A DNA stretch of 37,282 nucleotides from a virus (IMGVR_UViG_2778261667_000009), one strand, 5' to 3'. Positions 1 through 11,868 are shown, counted from the first letter of the stretch. Numbers and translations: made by a program. The notes: generated by a model from the letters alone, not told the origin.

Positions 1-297
1 TTAACGGATCAACAGCCAGACCAGCAGACACGCCACCATCGGCACAGCAAAATCCATCAGGCTTGCCACATCCCATACACGTGGATCAAAACCGCCCCAC
101 CACGGCATGTTGCTACGTTTCCCTTTCCCAAACTTTTCTATCCAGCGATATTCTGCCTGGGTGTGTTCACGCGCAATGAAGAACGTACAACCAGCTATCG
201 CTCCGTAAGCCCAGTATCCTGTTATTATTCCGACGAAACATTGCACAATTATTGATGCAATAGCATGGATAAAAGGAGAATAGTCAATCTTATTCAT
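1..297 (-). CDS. Small hypothetical membrane protein (98 aa), translationally coupled to the tailspike
   Basis: Complete ORF with stop at 1-3; its ATG overlaps the tailspike stop (ATGA). Two hydrophobic segments and a Trp-rich loop. No family recognised. Confidence 0.4.
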   Translation of the reverse strand: MNKIDYSPFIHAIASIIVQCFVGIITGYWAYGAIAGCTFFIAREHTQAEYRWIEKFGKGKRSNMPWWGGFDPRVWDVASLMDFAVPMVACLLVWLLIR

Positions 298-3053
298 CAG
301 AATGGCACCGTTTCAATAATCACACAGGGGCGCATTACATCCCCCATGCGGTTCTCAAGATACAGATAACCAGCACCATTTGGTGGCATAAATGATACGG
401 TGAATTTACCATCTGATCCCGTTGTACCAGTTAAGACAGATGAACTAAGTTCCACGTTAATTTTGTTAGACGACTGTTGTGGTGCAAAGTCTTTATCCGA
501 CGATACTCCAAGCAACATCCCAACCGCCCTATAATTTCTGTCTCGTTCATGGTCGAATAAAGAAACTATAGCCATTTTGGTTTTTGTCGAAATAGGTATG
601 CGCAGTGCCTGATCGTCGTTCAGGGTGGCAAAGAACTTATTGTCTCCCAGCCTGACAAACTCACCAGGGTTTATGATTTGCGCCGTGCGCAGGTCATACA
701 TACTGAACTGATTAGCTGCGCCACCGTCAAGATAGAATCGGTTTCCACCCTGATCGGAGATGTTTTTAAGAACCTTGGTCCCCTCACAGCGAATAAATGA
801 GAACTCATCATTCCCTGTATCCTGAGAGGATACGTAAACTACATTTCCGCCAATGATCAGGTTTTCTAATGTCAGCGCGTCACCGGCCCCGGACGCAATA
901 ATCCCAGCCAGCGTGACCTTTTTACCTATTGAGTTTTTCAGAGTGACTGGCAAGGTGCGAATATAGCCGTCATCTGCTCCACAGAACAATTCCAGCAACC
1001 CAATTGCTCGATAATAGGGTCTGGTGTCTGTGCTGTAACTATCTGCATAGTTGTACCCAATCTCGGTAAACGTGTCGTCATACACGAGGCCGTCTATTGT
1101 CAGCCCTCCTCCGTAGGTAAGGCGAGCGCAGCAGCGCGCCACATAACCGTGCACACGACAATCTTTGAGTGTTTCTCGCAAACCACGGAACGCGTATGGC
1201 AGCCAGCAATCAACGACTAAGCAATTTGTATAGTTGGAGCCGTATGCCGCTCCATGTGACCCCATACCCGAATTTTGGGTTTTGCCTACAGGCCAGAAAG
1301 CAGTTCCGGTATAGTCAACGCCTCCACCAGAGACGACGCTATTCACAACTTGCGTCTCCCAACTAATCATCTGCGCACCGATAATATCGATACCGCGACG
1401 GCAGCGATATGTCTTAACATTTTCAACCATGGCACCGAAACACTGGTTGATGCTAATTCCGTATCCTGTCCCATTCCAAGTATCATAACCTCGGTTTGCA
1501 TCCATCGCGGTAACATCGCGGAGCACAGGAAGGTATGATCCTCGTACACGCAGACAGGTGTCAGAAAAACCACTAACAGTTATACCCTCTATCAATGTAT
1601 CGGTAGAATACAATACATCCAGCCCTCTGAATCCAACGTCACCGGCCTTAGCATTGCTAGTGAGCTCGCGTGAAATAACAAACGCTCCTGTCATTTTAAA
1701 CGTAATAGGTTTGGATATGGTAACTACAGTCGCCCATTCCATCTTGAACTGATCTCCAGCAGCTGGAATGTTATTGAAAGCAGACTGACGACCACCGATT
1801 GTCAACAAGTTTCCGCTATAATGCGAAATGTATCTGGATTGACCAGCATTAGCGCCAGTTGTGAACGTAATACGGACATTTGCATTTTCGCGGGTCAATG
1901 TTATACCTGAAACTGTAAATGAAGCGCCGCTAGTTGCCGCTGTAACGGTTCCATATTGTATGTTTGACGCCGGAGCGGCATACCGCAACGTGTTGCACAG
2001 GCCAACACGCTTTGTAGCGTGATTTACAGATGAGACTTTGCAAACCTGCCCCTCTATATCCTGTCCACGATTATCTGTCTGAATTAGCCTGGATGTCTGG
2101 AAGCAAACGAGATCCCCGACTTCAATATCAGCAGTATCGGATAGGGTAACAACACCAGCATTTCTGGCAGCATCAACTACGAGGTTAACTTGTTTTAAAA
2201 ATACCCCTCGTATACGAATAGCGTAATCCGCGTCATAATTAGTAGCGTCAGGTGTGACTTTAGTGCTAACAAGGTGTACCCGCCCGTTCGCAATCCATTC
2301 AGTTACAGCTTGGCTATCTTGGGATCGCTTGACATGAATTGACGTATAATTATACACACCTTGTTCAAACACCAGTCTGCGCCCCTCATCTACTGCTACC
2401 TGAGACGCTGCCTGAATCGGGATTGTGTAGTCAGAGATTCCATCTCCCTGTTCACAGAACCACAACAATAAAATATCGCCATCATATTCCCGCTTCCATC
2501 GCCTACCGATAGCGTCGACCAATACAGTACCTCCATTATCATCAGTGGTTGAGTCGGTATCGTCACGCACGAATATGCCATCTCCACCATCGTTAATTAC
2601 AGAGCGTCCATAGCACTGGATTTTAATTCCTGCGCCAGAGTACGAACGGATGTCGTCGTAATTTCCCGCACCTATAAGCGACGCCCCACCAACCCCAGCT
2701 AATTCCATACTGAACTGATCAGGGTCATATTTAAGAACATTAGGAAAATAGAACTGCTGCGTGCCATATGCATCATATACAGCCATAGAATGGCCTTGCA
2801 CAGTTACAAACTTGGCAATCTGTCCGTTATATACCGGATATCCGGCAGCGTTAATGATGATTGGTTGAGATACAGGAACGTGAGAACCGTCTTCATTCTC
2901 CACATAAACCTGAATCTGGTTTTCTGGATTTACCGGGTCAGTGTCAATTTTACCGATATAAATTTTGCCATTGGCAACTGCTTTAAAAGAGCGCGCCATA
3001 GTGAAGAGTTGCGATGGCATACTCACTACAACATTGGCTGTAATGTCTGTCAT
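297..3053 (-). CDS. Tailspike protein (P22 gp9-like head-binding N-terminus, divergent receptor-binding body)
   Basis: First ~110 aa ([13 protein letters not shown]...KYDPDQF) closely match the P22 tailspike head-binding domain as I remember it. The remaining ~800 aa are Gly/Thr/Asn-rich and beta-helix-like, unlike P22 gp9. Confidence 0.85.
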   Translation of the reverse strand: MTDITANVVVSMPSQLFTMARSFKAVANGKIYIGKIDTDPVNPENQIQVYVENEDGSHVPVSQPIIINAAGYPVYNGQIAKFVTVQGHSMAVYDAYGTQQFYFPNVLKYDPDQFSMELAGVGGASLIGAGNYDDIRSYSGAGIKIQCYGRSVINDGGDGIFVRDDTDSTTDDNGGTVLVDAIGRRWKREYDGDILLLWFCEQGDGISDYTIPIQAASQVAVDEGRRLVFEQGVYNYTSIHVKRSQDSQAVTEWIANGRVHLVSTKVTPDATNYDADYAIRIRGVFLKQVNLVVDAARNAGVVTLSDTADIEVGDLVCFQTSRLIQTDNRGQDIEGQVCKVSSVNHATKRVGLCNTLRYAAPASNIQYGTVTAATSGASFTVSGITLTRENANVRITFTTGANAGQSRYISHYSGNLLTIGGRQSAFNNIPAAGDQFKMEWATVVTISKPITFKMTGAFVISRELTSNAKAGDVGFRGLDVLYSTDTLIEGITVSGFSDTCLRVRGSYLPVLRDVTAMDANRGYDTWNGTGYGISINQCFGAMVENVKTYRCRRGIDIIGAQMISWETQVVNSVVSGGGVDYTGTAFWPVGKTQNSGMGSHGAAYGSNYTNCLVVDCWLPYAFRGLRETLKDCRVHGYVARCCARLTYGGGLTIDGLVYDDTFTEIGYNYADSYSTDTRPYYRAIGLLELFCGADDGYIRTLPVTLKNSIGKKVTLAGIIASGAGDALTLENLIIGGNVVYVSSQDTGNDEFSFIRCEGTKVLKNISDQGGNRFYLDGGAANQFSMYDLRTAQIINPGEFVRLGDNKFFATLNDDQALRIPISTKTKMAIVSLFDHERDRNYRAVGMLLGVSSDKDFAPQQSSNKINVELSSSVLTGTTGSDGKFTVSFMPPNGAGYLYLENRMGDVMRPCVIIETVPF

Positions 3054-3121
3054 TTAATTTGCTCCAGATACAGAAAATCGCTGCAGCGTTGCCGCAGTGA
3101 TGCATTATTAATCAAACAAAG

Positions 3122-3136
3122 AGACCGCCGTGGTCT
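3122..3136. promoter_or_regulatory. Putative Mnt-type operator palindrome (AGACC-N5-GGTCT) between tailspike and mnt
   Basis: Inverted repeat AGACCGCCGTGGTCT in the 146-bp divergent gap, reminiscent of the P22 Omnt dyad. Confidence 0.3.
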
Positions 3137-3199
3137 TATTGAGGATGTAACCATCAGATAATAAGATGCCGATCCACTCACAAAAGCGAGGCATCAAGA

Positions 3200-3451
3200 A
3201 TGGGAAGAGATGACCCGCAATTTAATCTGCGGCTACCTTACGAATTAAAGGAAAAAATAAAACAGCGAGCCAAATCCAATGGCCGCTCTCTTAATTCAGA
3301 ATTAGTTCAGATAGTGACTGACGCTGTATCAAAGCCATCCAAAATTTCAGGCTATCGAGACGATGCGGAACGCATCGCTGATGAGCAGTCCGAACTTGTT
3401 AAGAAGATGGTGTTTGATACGCTGAAGGATTTGTACAAAAAACCCACCTGA
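3200..3451 (+). CDS. mnt: Mnt repressor (ribbon-helix-helix, Arc/Mnt family)
   Basis: 83 aa, MGRDDPQFNLRLPYELKEKIKQRAKSNGRSLNSELVQIV...KKMVFDTLKDLYKKPT, near-identical in pattern to P22 Mnt. Confidence 0.85.
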   Translation: MGRDDPQFNLRLPYELKEKIKQRAKSNGRSLNSELVQIVTDAVSKPSKISGYRDDAERIADEQSELVKKMVFDTLKDLYKKPT

Positions 3452-3467
3452 CGGTGGGTTAATTTTT
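3443..3467. terminator. Bidirectional intrinsic terminator at mnt 3' end
   Basis: Hairpin CCCACC-tgac-GGTGGG followed by TTAATTTTT on plus and preceded by an A-run (T-run on minus). Confidence 0.55.
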
Positions 3468-3550
3468 GCATTTACCTGGGCCATATTGACTACTTATAAA
3501 ATGAGATCAATATTTAATCGCCCAATAACGGGTGTATGTTGAGGTATATC

Positions 3551-3730
3551 ATGGCGAAAAAACCAGGTGAAAACACAGGAAAAAACGGCGGAATATACCA
3601 AGAAGTTGGCCCACGCGGCGGTAAGAAAGACAATTTTGCCACCGTCAAGGACAACGAAAGGCTTCCGCCAACAACAAAGCCAGGTCATGGCTGGGTATTG
3701 GATAAGCGAACTCCAGACAGCAAAAAGTAA
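3551..3730 (+). CDS. Small Gly/Lys-rich hypothetical protein (59 aa), possibly YjzC-like
   Basis: ATG at 3551 with GAGG 7 nt upstream. Sequence MAKKPGENTGKNGGIYQEVGPRGG...; family assignment is from memory only. Confidence 0.4.
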   Translation: MAKKPGENTGKNGGIYQEVGPRGGKKDNFATVKDNERLPPTTKPGHGWVLDKRTPDSKK

Positions 3731-3743
3731 TAATCAAGCCTGG

Positions 3744-4109
3744 TCACTCCGGCTTTTTGATATGTCGCTCGCAGAACTCAACAAGCCTGCTCATTAAATA
3801 GCAGTAAGTCTCGTTGGCTCTTCCTGGTTCAACATCAACACCGACCCTTGAGCAGATATCGAATGCCATGTGAGCGCACTCATGGGCAATAGTAGATAGT
3901 TTGCCATTGAACACGCCTATCACATGCAAAACACCATTCTCGCTGCTCATTGTATGAGACGCTCCGTTGGCATCCGAGTCCTGCACGTCCACGCCAAGTT
4001 TTTGATGCAGGCGTTGCCATTCTGGAAAGTCTCTACAAAACACAATTGTACCGCTCTCAAAGAGCGGAACGAGCATCTTTGGTACGTTTCCAATGTTAAC
4101 TTTTTTCAT
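3744..4109 (-). CDS. Small HExxH protein, probable standalone ImmA/IrrE (M78)-like metallopeptidase
   Basis: 121 aa from ATG 4109 (AGGA upstream). Motif [14 protein letters not shown] resembles the M78 'FTlaHElgH' zinc-binding motif. Confidence 0.45.
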   Translation of the reverse strand: MKKVNIGNVPKMLVPLFESGTIVFCRDFPEWQRLHQKLGVDVQDSDANGASHTMSSENGVLHVIGVFNGKLSTIAHECAHMAFDICSRVGVDVEPGRANETYCYLMSRLVEFCERHIKKPE

Positions 4110-4130
4110 GGTATCCTGCACAAAACTAAG

Positions 4131-4634
4131 GAGGTTGGTGTGTCTGATTCTATGAGTTACGCTGTGCTAGTTGCCGCAACTCTATTTCTGGGGATAGGGT
4201 TGCAGATTGCGTGGTTCTTTTTTTCTAGTTTTATTAAACGTAAAAGAATTGAATCAAGGATATCTGAGATTTCTATTGCTATAGGGAAAAATGCTGAAAA
4301 TCCAGAGAATGAGGCCTGCGCACTGAATTACCTTAAAGAAAAGTTTTCCCCTGAAAAATTTGAAAACAGAATTACTGATGCTCTTGGATTGGTAATATCA
4401 GTAATTCATATGCCACTAAGTTTGCTGATAACAGTGTGGTACTTCGCCATGATCGCCGGAAGAATATTTGGTTTCATGAATATAGAGCCTGTAGTTCTTT
4501 GGGTTCCAATGATACTGCAATTGTTGTTAAGCGTTGCTATCTTTATTTTTTCTGTTTTTATAAAAATTATCTTTGGAAGATACCCAGGAGAAGCGAAGGG
4601 ATTTAATAAAGAATTCATAAAAACTATAAAATAA
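4131..4634 (+). CDS. Polytopic membrane protein, positional analogue of P22 SieA (superinfection exclusion)
   Basis: GTG start 5 nt after AAGGAGG. An N-terminal TM helix, ~50-aa soluble segment and 2-3 C-terminal TM helices. AT-rich by eye. Sits between gene 16 and mnt as sieA does in P22; homology not established. Confidence 0.45.
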   Translation, partial: EVGVSDSMSYAVLVAATLFLGIGLQIAWFFFSSFIKRKRIESRISEISIAIGKNAENPENEACALNYLKEKFSPEKFENRITDALGLVISVIHMPLSLLITVWYFAMIAGRIFGFMNIEPVVLWVPMILQLLLSVAIFIFSVFIKIIFGRYPGEAKGFNKEFIKTIK

Positions 4635-4656
4635 ATGCCGTCCTTGGCTTACAGTG

Positions 4657-6498
4657 CTACTGCCGGGTAGCTTCGTTAACTAAGAGCGGGCGCACGGCAG
4701 TAGCCGCCTGATTTAGCGCTCTTTCATAAGCTGGCGTTCCAGCTTTAGTGTTTGCCAGACGTAAGAGCGCATTCCTTGCTGCTTTGGACTCATACAAGCG
4801 CATCATTGCACCGAAACCAGCCTCAAGCCCCATTGATACGCCAAGAGTCGCAGTTGCGCCAATCGTCCTTATCCTGTTGGCTTGTGATTGCCCAGTCTGA
4901 GTTACTATATTTGCGGTGTCTGACCTTGCTGTTTGCTGTAGAACTTCATGAAGAGCATCAAGCTCTTTCATGTGCTTTCCAGAAAAAATAGTGTTGTAAA
5001 TTTCACCGCCTGACTGAGATTTCAGCTTATTAACTTCAGTGATGAACTTGGCTGGAGAGTCACCGGCCTTTTCCGCTATTTTGCTGACGTAAGCAGCACG
5101 CATAGCATCTTTCCCTTTATCATCCAGTGCGCTCCAGATTCGTTTCACGTCAGATGGTTTTCTGCTTAATACAACGGTATTTATAAGTTCAGGACTGGCT
5201 TCACTGCTTGCCTTGTTGAGCTTGTTAGCAATGTTTTTATTAAGCACCTTATTATAAACGTTTGCATAATCGGAATTTGCTTTAAGGTATTTTGCTGCGT
5301 CTGATGCACCGAGGTTTTTAGCAACTGCGTTACGAAGGTCTTTTGACATTGCATTCTCTACCATATTGGTAGCTGCTTTTGCCTGGTTGGGGAAGACCAT
5401 AGCATCTCCCTGTACATTAGATCTAAATGCTGTTCTGTGCTGACGCAAGAGATCAAACGTAACATCCAAATCAGTTGCAGGGTTTGCTAATTCTTCACGT
5501 AGGTTACGCAAGGATGTAAGCAGGCTTTGATTGGCAGACGTTCCAAGTCGTTCCTGTCTTGCGATCGCTGTATTCAGAGCATTCATGGTATTTGTGGTAT
5601 CAACTGCAGCATTACCCATTTTATTGGTGACGTCATTGATAACAGCGCCAGCGGCATCCTTCCGTCTCCTTAGCGTGGTGGTCAGAGATTTCACCACATC
5701 ATCCGGGTTGTACTCACCAAAACGGTCAAAATAATTACTTACCAACTTACTACGCGTTGCATATTGCTCTGCCCTTTTACTGCCAGTTCCAAGAATGGCC
5801 CCCTCAGCACCCTGAGTAAGGCCACGAGTGAAAGCATTTTTCGGTGGGATGACATCAGATGTCATTGGTGTCACACCCATTGATTCTGAGGTGGCAATTT
5901 TTTTCGCCACTTCTGGCGCAATATCGCCTTTTATAGCCGTTATTCCGCGGCCTATTCCCTTTGCTGCTGCGGAAAGAACCCCCTGAGCGGCAAGGTTAAC
6001 TCCGGCATTTTTAGCTGCATTTTGTGCGAAATCGCCTTTCTGGTTTGCGGCTTCTGCCAGTGATCCAATAGCCATGCTTCCTGCCGTTCCAACTCCTGGA
6101 ACTAAATACCCGCCAATTGTTTCTCCAGCTTGAGCGTAGGGGTCTGTCGGTCGATCGACTGGACGATAGACATCATCCAATACTTTTGGCCCACCAAGCC
6201 CCTGACTGATTGCATTAATCAGACTTGCGCCACCCTGCAATACGTCAAATGGTATGTTTACCAGACCACGACCAGCCTGCTCTGCAATTTGTCCTGCACT
6301 TTGACCACCTGTGAGCCAATCGCCAGCTTGTTGCATCAATGATGGTTCTTCACGTGCTGGTTCATTATTGGCCTGATTAACTGTTTGTTGCTGAACAGCC
6401 TGACCAGCAAAATACTCATCAATGGCGGTGCCAATATCTTCGGTGCTCGTGCCATCAGGAAAGGTAAATGTCTTACCGTTTGCAGTTACTTTCATCAT
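4657..6498 (-). CDS. Ejection (E) protein, P22 gp16-like
   Basis: 613 aa, Ala/Gly/Gln-rich; size and position after gp20 match P22 gene 16. Confidence 0.75.
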   Translation of the reverse strand: MMKVTANGKTFTFPDGTSTEDIGTAIDEYFAGQAVQQQTVNQANNEPAREEPSLMQQAGDWLTGGQSAGQIAEQAGRGLVNIPFDVLQGGASLINAISQGLGGPKVLDDVYRPVDRPTDPYAQAGETIGGYLVPGVGTAGSMAIGSLAEAANQKGDFAQNAAKNAGVNLAAQGVLSAAAKGIGRGITAIKGDIAPEVAKKIATSESMGVTPMTSDVIPPKNAFTRGLTQGAEGAILGTGSKRAEQYATRSKLVSNYFDRFGEYNPDDVVKSLTTTLRRRKDAAGAVINDVTNKMGNAAVDTTNTMNALNTAIARQERLGTSANQSLLTSLRNLREELANPATDLDVTFDLLRQHRTAFRSNVQGDAMVFPNQAKAATNMVENAMSKDLRNAVAKNLGASDAAKYLKANSDYANVYNKVLNKNIANKLNKASSEASPELINTVVLSRKPSDVKRIWSALDDKGKDAMRAAYVSKIAEKAGDSPAKFITEVNKLKSQSGGEIYNTIFSGKHMKELDALHEVLQQTARSDTANIVTQTGQSQANRIRTIGATATLGVSMGLEAGFGAMMRLYESKAARNALLRLANTKAGTPAYERALNQAATAVRPLLVNEATRQ

Positions 6499-7910
6499 TC
6501 CACCGTAAATTGAATGCCTGATTTTGAGGTATATGATCCAACCTGATTCCGTGGTTCTCCTGAAGGTGTCGAATCTTGTGCTGGCGCTGCGTCAGTATTC
6601 AATGACATATACCGCTTAACGGCACTCCCCAATGATTCACCTTTTTTAACATCCAACCCCAATATCTGACCGCCATTACGCGATTGTCCAGGGTTGCCAT
6701 TCGCGCTCATCCACTCAGCTTTAAACTCATTAAACTGCGCGTTTCGTCGCTCAAGGTTTGCCATTGCATCAAGCCATCTTGCAACCGTCTCAGGGTTATC
6801 CATGTCAGTTGGCGCACCCTGTCGAACGATCTCAACGTCTTTATCCGTTGCTGGGCCGGGAGGTAGGAATTTAAGAACCTGACTGTTAACAAGGGCATTT
6901 TGGCGAATGCGCAAATCACGCAATGTCGTATCGCTTCCGGTAAGTTTTGCGAACATGTTCTGTGCGTTACCGAACAAACCTGTCGTTGGTTTTTCTGCTC
7001 TGAACTGTTGAGCAAGCGCACTCATGGAATTGGCTGAGTTTGATGATGCTGTGGCATTGTTTACAGCTGTCTCGATGCCTTTTTCCATGTTTACTGACAG
7101 CTTAGGTGCTTCGCTAATCAACTGCTGAGCCTTTTCCTGCGCTTGCTGCATCTTAAACCCGAACTCTTGCTGATCCAGAGCCAAGCGTTGTGCTGCGATA
7201 TTGTGCCCAGTCATTGCTGACTGATAGGAAAGGTTTTGCCCTCTCGCCTGAAGTGCTTCACCAGCCTGATTGCTGCGGATTGTCTCTGCCAGCCTGCCTC
7301 GGTCAATCTCACGACCAGCCATCTTGTCCTGAACAGCAAACGCCTTTTCTGGCCCAAGTGCACCGAGAGACATAGTAGTCAGCATGTGTGATAGCTGCTC
7401 TGGATTCTGAATACCTGTCTGAATCATCCAGTCAGCATTCGCCCCCACGCGATTTAACCTGTCCTTGTTATCAGTAATGAATTTACTGTAGGCTTCCGGT
7501 CCCTGAGAAAGAGCGACGTTAGCCCTCATGGCTAAATCGCCCATATCGTTGCGTTGCTGCTCATTAAGACCGGAAAACGCCTGTTGTGCCTGTGCAACAA
7601 ACGCTGGATTTTCCTGGGCAAACTTAAATAGTCCCGATGGATCACCAGAAGCCCATGCATCAGCGTGAACCTTATTGAACGCACTAATAGCTTTCTGTTG
7701 CTGTTCCTGCTTATAAATATCAGCAACTCCAGCCAGACCACGTAACGCGGTCAGACCAACGTTATTTGCACCTGATCGAGCCAGTTCATTGTTTTCGCGG
7801 ATCAGACCAAGCGTTGCGTTAATGTCGCTTGCCTTTGGCGCATTCTCATTTTGCGCACCGATGCCAGCAAGAAACCCACCAGAATTAATACCCTGTTGCC
7901 ACGTAGCCAT
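6495..7910 (-). CDS. Ejection protein, P22 gp20-like
   Basis: 471 aa, same length and position as P22 gp20; start overlaps the upstream gene. Confidence 0.75.
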   Translation of the reverse strand: MATWQQGINSGGFLAGIGAQNENAPKASDINATLGLIRENNELARSGANNVGLTALRGLAGVADIYKQEQQQKAISAFNKVHADAWASGDPSGLFKFAQENPAFVAQAQQAFSGLNEQQRNDMGDLAMRANVALSQGPEAYSKFITDNKDRLNRVGANADWMIQTGIQNPEQLSHMLTTMSLGALGPEKAFAVQDKMAGREIDRGRLAETIRSNQAGEALQARGQNLSYQSAMTGHNIAAQRLALDQQEFGFKMQQAQEKAQQLISEAPKLSVNMEKGIETAVNNATASSNSANSMSALAQQFRAEKPTTGLFGNAQNMFAKLTGSDTTLRDLRIRQNALVNSQVLKFLPPGPATDKDVEIVRQGAPTDMDNPETVARWLDAMANLERRNAQFNEFKAEWMSANGNPGQSRNGGQILGLDVKKGESLGSAVKRYMSLNTDAAPAQDSTPSGEPRNQVGSYTSKSGIQFTVE

Positions 7911-7920
7911 TGATTAACCC

Positions 7921-8610
7921 TTAAAACAGTGAACCAAGCAGACCAAGACCAGCACCAATACCAGCACCCCACGGAGTTGATAGCTCGAGAGCACTGGCTA
8001 TGCCACCCCCCAAAAGCGCACCGGATGCAGCACCACTAACACCCTGCTGCAATGCTGACGGTCGGTTGGCGTTTGCCGCCGCCAGCGCCGCGCTTTGCTG
8101 TGAAATCTGACTCATGTTGTTGGCATATGTTTGCCCGGCGTTTGCCTGACCTTGCAGCGCGCCAAGACCAATATTTGCCAGATTCTGGTAGTTGTTCATT
8201 TGTCCAGATAGCCATTGCTGACCAAGCGTTGGTGCGATTGTTGCTAACTGATTACTGGTTGCGGTGGAACCTAATCCACCTGTTGCTTCCGCTGCCGCCA
8301 GACTCTGATAGCGCGCCTGACTTGCAAGGTCTTTGTACTGCTGAGAGTTGTAATACTGGTTAAGCGCCTGACCTTGCCCCTCCAGAGACGATAAGTTCTC
8401 GAGGCTGCCGACATACTTCTCAGCCAGAGGAGTAAACGGTTTCAGGTTGTTCATGATGGTGTTGAACTGCTGATTTTGCAGGTCTGCGGCATACTTCTGA
8501 GCTTCTGCTGCATACTTTGCGCTTTTATCGGAGCCACCTTTCCCGCCTTTTTCAGGGCAATAAGGTTCCTCGCCGCGCAGTTTTCTGCCCAGCTTAAATG
8601 CATATAACAT
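7921..8610 (-). CDS. Ejection protein, P22 gp7-like
   Basis: 229 aa, Gln/Ala/Gly-rich, in the P22 gene 7 position. Confidence 0.7.
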   Translation of the reverse strand: MLYAFKLGRKLRGEEPYCPEKGGKGGSDKSAKYAAEAQKYAADLQNQQFNTIMNNLKPFTPLAEKYVGSLENLSSLEGQGQALNQYYNSQQYKDLASQARYQSLAAAEATGGLGSTATSNQLATIAPTLGQQWLSGQMNNYQNLANIGLGALQGQANAGQTYANNMSQISQQSAALAAANANRPSALQQGVSGAASGALLGGGIASALELSTPWGAGIGAGLGLLGSLF

Positions 8611-8612
8611 GG

Positions 8613-9068
8613 CTATCTCCCGTGATTCAGGAAGTCGATTAGTTCTTCGCGTGTTGCGCTGTAAAAAGTCACGTCATCCACGCCTTTGAAGTATTTCTTG
8701 ATGGTTCCTACACGCTTAAGGCCAATCATTGCGCAGTACATCTGCCCGTGGCGGAATTTGCGTGCAGCGAACGATGTGACGCACTGAACGGTGGTGTTAG
8801 TCAGAATGTATCGCCAGAAAGCCAGCCCGATTTCCTTGCTGAATCCGCGAACCTCTGGCAGGTACATGGCGTGGCAATCGAATGTCAGAGGCTGAATCTC
8901 CTGATAGTAAACAATGCCGCCAAACTGACCGTGCACGTTAACCTCAAAGTAACGGCATTCAGGCTTGTAGTCGTATCCATCACCGTTGTTGCTCCCGGCA
9001 ATAATGTCAGGGTGATTTCCGACTGCTTCTATCAGGTCGATGTTTCGCGTTGGTTTGAATGTAATCAT
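8613..9068 (-). CDS. Virion protein, P22 gp14-like
   Basis: 151 aa, between tail needle and gp7 as in P22. Confidence 0.6.
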   Translation of the reverse strand: MITFKPTRNIDLIEAVGNHPDIIAGSNNGDGYDYKPECRYFEVNVHGQFGGIVYYQEIQPLTFDCHAMYLPEVRGFSKEIGLAFWRYILTNTTVQCVTSFAARKFRHGQMYCAMIGLKRVGTIKKYFKGVDDVTFYSATREELIDFLNHGR

Positions 9069-9769
9069 CAGTCAATCAGCCCATGTAATCTAAGTGCTGT
9101 TTCAAGCGCCAGAATACGCTGCCGCGCCTGCTGCAAACCTGTAGCGAGAGCTGCGACTTCGGATTGTGTGTACGTAGTGCCGACCGTGTATGACTGGTTA
9201 GCGTTGAATGAGCCAAGAAGTGGCGTACCTGTGGCTGCAGTCCATCCGGTATTTCTTGCTCCAACAACCTGAATTCCATCAACTGAATATGATGTTTTTA
9301 CATCCAGCGGTGACGCAAGAGACTGCAATTTGGTTACGGTTTTCGATACGTAATCACTCTTAATGTCAGATACATCGCTTTCTACGCCATCCAGTCTTTG
9401 GTCAACAGTGACCAGATGCGCCTGAATATCGATAACCTCATCCAGCAAGTAATCAACATCGCTACGCAGTACGACTATCTTCCCTTCGGCGGTTGTTAAC
9501 CTGACCTCAAGGAGATTTATCGCTTTTGTGTTTGCGGTGATTCTTGAATTGTGATCTGCCAGTTCGACGTCCTGTTCATCGTTTTTCACCTGAGCATCGT
9601 AAGCGCCCTGACCAGCCTGATTTGCCTTCCCGGCAATTGCGCCAACATCAGCCCCCTGATTAATGACATACAGCAGGTAAGACTGGCTGAATATATTGCG
9701 TGGAAGGATTGATGTATCGAGTCGTGTAGCCTGAATTGTTACCGGCTCATTGAGATTCGAATCAGCCAT
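9068..9769 (-). CDS. Tail needle protein, P22 gp26-like
   Basis: 233 aa; N-terminus [25 protein letters not shown] and C-terminus [21 protein letters not shown]...HGLID match P22 gp26. Confidence 0.8.
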   Translation of the reverse strand: MADSNLNEPVTIQATRLDTSILPRNIFSQSYLLYVINQGADVGAIAGKANQAGQGAYDAQVKNDEQDVELADHNSRITANTKAINLLEVRLTTAEGKIVVLRSDVDYLLDEVIDIQAHLVTVDQRLDGVESDVSDIKSDYVSKTVTKLQSLASPLDVKTSYSVDGIQVVGARNTGWTAATGTPLLGSFNANQSYTVGTTYTQSEVAALATGLQQARQRILALETALRLHGLID

Positions 9770-11187
9770 TACTCAATCCTTATCTGGCAACCAGACAGAG
9801 TGACAGGTGACTTCGTTATAACGCGCAATTTGAAGCCGACATTTTTCCTGATGCGCCCTACTCGCTTCCACAAAACACGCTTGTCGTAAACGAACGGTTC
9901 ATTCTGCTCAATCATCTGCTCACGACCGTAATTGATGCCGTCAGTGGTTGCAGAGAGAAAAAGGCGGTCAGCATACTGCGCAACGCCAGTGGATGATTCC
10001 ACCTCCAGATCGAAGCATCTGGCGTTATCCGCTTTGAACAGTGGAGTAAACAGCAGGTGTTCCTGTTGAAGTCCATACTGACTGCTGATATCGAACTGCA
10101 ATTTTCCGGTCACCGATTCCAGCTTATCTCCGCACGTTATCTGATTGCCTTCATAAATGAAGTCGATAGCGCGGTACACATCGTCATACAGGCCTGTTTT
10201 CAGTACACACCATTGCGGACCATTGGCGCTTGAAGATGCGTCGTACACGAGAACATGGCGCGGAAGGTGGATAATCAGCAACTCATGAGCATCAAACCGC
10301 AACGATTCCATCACGCCATCAGCCAGTTCATCAGCAGTGTAGGAGCGGAGGATTTTCTCAATGCTCGCGCTGGCGATTGGTGACACCTGACCGGAGCCGA
10401 TGATGTATACAGACGGCGCACCTGTTGCCGGATTGCTGATGAACGCATACGAATCAGCAAACGGCGTTTTGCAGTAGGTTCCGGCAATCCCTTTCTGCAC
10501 CATCAGTGATGGCTGTGCGACATACAAAGCGGCACCAACGGTGGTTGCACCAGTCAGGGAGAAATATTCAATCGTCGATGAACCAAAGCAGACGATGAAG
10601 TCTCGCCATGTACCTATGCCGATGATGCCGTCCGGCTGCGATTCTGCGCGATATTGTGCGCTGTAACGGTCAGGATGCGATTCGTCTTCAAGGTCAGTGA
10701 TAAACCATGAATCCGTGCCGTCTTTTGACCACGCATAACGCCCACGTAAGCGTGTAATGTCGCGGACTGAACCTAACTCATACTGAGTGAATCCGCTGTC
10801 TGTAGGCCAGTTTGAGACGGTTTTAACCGTGCCATCATAACGATACTCTACCAGTTGACCATTAACGCCTACCGTCTGTGATGTCCGACCATGCGCCATT
10901 GATACGCGACCACTTCCGGCAACATCACCGACTTCACTTTCGCCTTTGTACAGCTTGCCACCACACACGCGATAAACAGCACTCTGCGCCATGTTGTACT
11001 CGACGCCGCGAGATACACCGTTCACATCAGATCGTTTGGCAATGCCCGGGAATGAGCGAAGATATCCGCTGCTGTTCAGGATTTCTTTGGGTGTAGCCAG
11101 CATATTCACTGGCAGATAGTCGATATAGTCGGCGTTTCGAAAGTCTTTGCCGACACCTTTCATAAGCGGAAGTTGCTGAATCGGCAT
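9769..11187 (-). CDS. Tail/portal-plug protein, P22 gp10-like
   Basis: 472 aa, same length as P22 gp10 and in the same position. Confidence 0.75.
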   Translation of the reverse strand: MPIQQLPLMKGVGKDFRNADYIDYLPVNMLATPKEILNSSGYLRSFPGIAKRSDVNGVSRGVEYNMAQSAVYRVCGGKLYKGESEVGDVAGSGRVSMAHGRTSQTVGVNGQLVEYRYDGTVKTVSNWPTDSGFTQYELGSVRDITRLRGRYAWSKDGTDSWFITDLEDESHPDRYSAQYRAESQPDGIIGIGTWRDFIVCFGSSTIEYFSLTGATTVGAALYVAQPSLMVQKGIAGTYCKTPFADSYAFISNPATGAPSVYIIGSGQVSPIASASIEKILRSYTADELADGVMESLRFDAHELLIIHLPRHVLVYDASSSANGPQWCVLKTGLYDDVYRAIDFIYEGNQITCGDKLESVTGKLQFDISSQYGLQQEHLLFTPLFKADNARCFDLEVESSTGVAQYADRLFLSATTDGINYGREQMIEQNEPFVYDKRVLWKRVGRIRKNVGFKLRVITKSPVTLSGCQIRIE

Positions 11188-11196
11188 TTATTCACC

Positions 11197-11658
11197 TCAC
11201 GTACTCGGATCATCTTTCTCGATGTAAAACCGATTCCACGTAAACGCGCTTTTGTTACCACTACCGCGAGGCATGTCATTTCGCCGCTCAAGTGGTGGTA
11301 TTTTGGTTAAAGCGATGCAGATTGTCTGATATGCACTGTCAGCAGCGGTAAGGAGAGCGTCTGACGGCTGAATGACGTTATCCATGCACACCTGCACAGC
11401 GAGCTTCAAAGCGACGCCATCATTTGCCCATGCAGGGATACCTGAATCATCGTCAGGTAACGGCATGATGCCGTTTTCTGTATCAGCAAACTGATATCCA
11501 AGCTCGATACCTTTAGCCTGCCATGCTGCCATCATGTCTTCGAGGTCATTAATGGCATCTTCAATTGCCTGAGGGTCAGCATCTGTCAACGTGGCATTGG
11601 AATACAGCCCGGCTTTTCGTAAAGCCTTAAGAACGAGATCACCCTTCGTTTTCGCCAT
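11197..11658 (-). CDS. Head completion/tail adaptor protein, P22 gp4-like
   Basis: 153 aa; N-terminus MAKTKGDLVLKALRKAGL...TLTD resembles P22 gp4. Confidence 0.75.
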   Translation of the reverse strand: MAKTKGDLVLKALRKAGLYSNATLTDADPQAIEDAINDLEDMMAAWQAKGIELGYQFADTENGIMPLPDDDSGIPAWANDGVALKLAVQVCMDNVIQPSDALLTAADSAYQTICIALTKIPPLERRNDMPRGSGNKSAFTWNRFYIEKDDPST

Positions 11659-11827
11659 CTTCTTCCGCCTTAGCCACTTTATGCTTCGTTGCGGTTTCTT
11701 CAGGAGTTTTTACCCAGCCTTTTTTCAGGTGAGATTTAACTTCTTCGTCATCAACAATGATGTAATCGACAGCAAACTGACCACAGGTGATCATGTTGCC
11801 AGGCTTATAGAGCATTGTTCGTGCCAT
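11639..11827 (-). CDS. Small hypothetical protein between coat and gp4
   Basis: 62-aa ORF from internal ATG (MARTMLYKPG...) with acidic C-terminus; no family recognised. Confidence 0.3.
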   Translation of the reverse strand: MARTMLYKPGNMITCGQFAVDYIIVDDEEVKSHLKKGWVKTPEETATKHKVAKAEEDGENEG

Positions 11828-11868
11828 TGTCTTCTCCCAATAAAAATGGGGCCGTAGCCCCACCTAAA

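Noticed and set aside
1169-1752. Several 60-90-aa plus-strand ORFs (1169-1366, 1275-1538, 1558-1752) inside the tailspike gene
   Set aside because: Antisense to a well-supported 918-aa CDS, no RBS, no recognisable family; typical shadow ORFs.
3924-4634. Track's 236-aa version of the membrane protein starting at 3924
   Set aside because: The first ~70 codons overlap the opposite-strand HExxH gene and lack an RBS; GTG at 4131 sits 5 nt after AAGGAGG, so the shorter 167-aa form is preferred.
8748-9272. 174-aa plus-strand ORF overlapping gp14 and gp26
   Set aside because: Entirely antisense to two conserved virion genes in a tightly packed operon; no start context.
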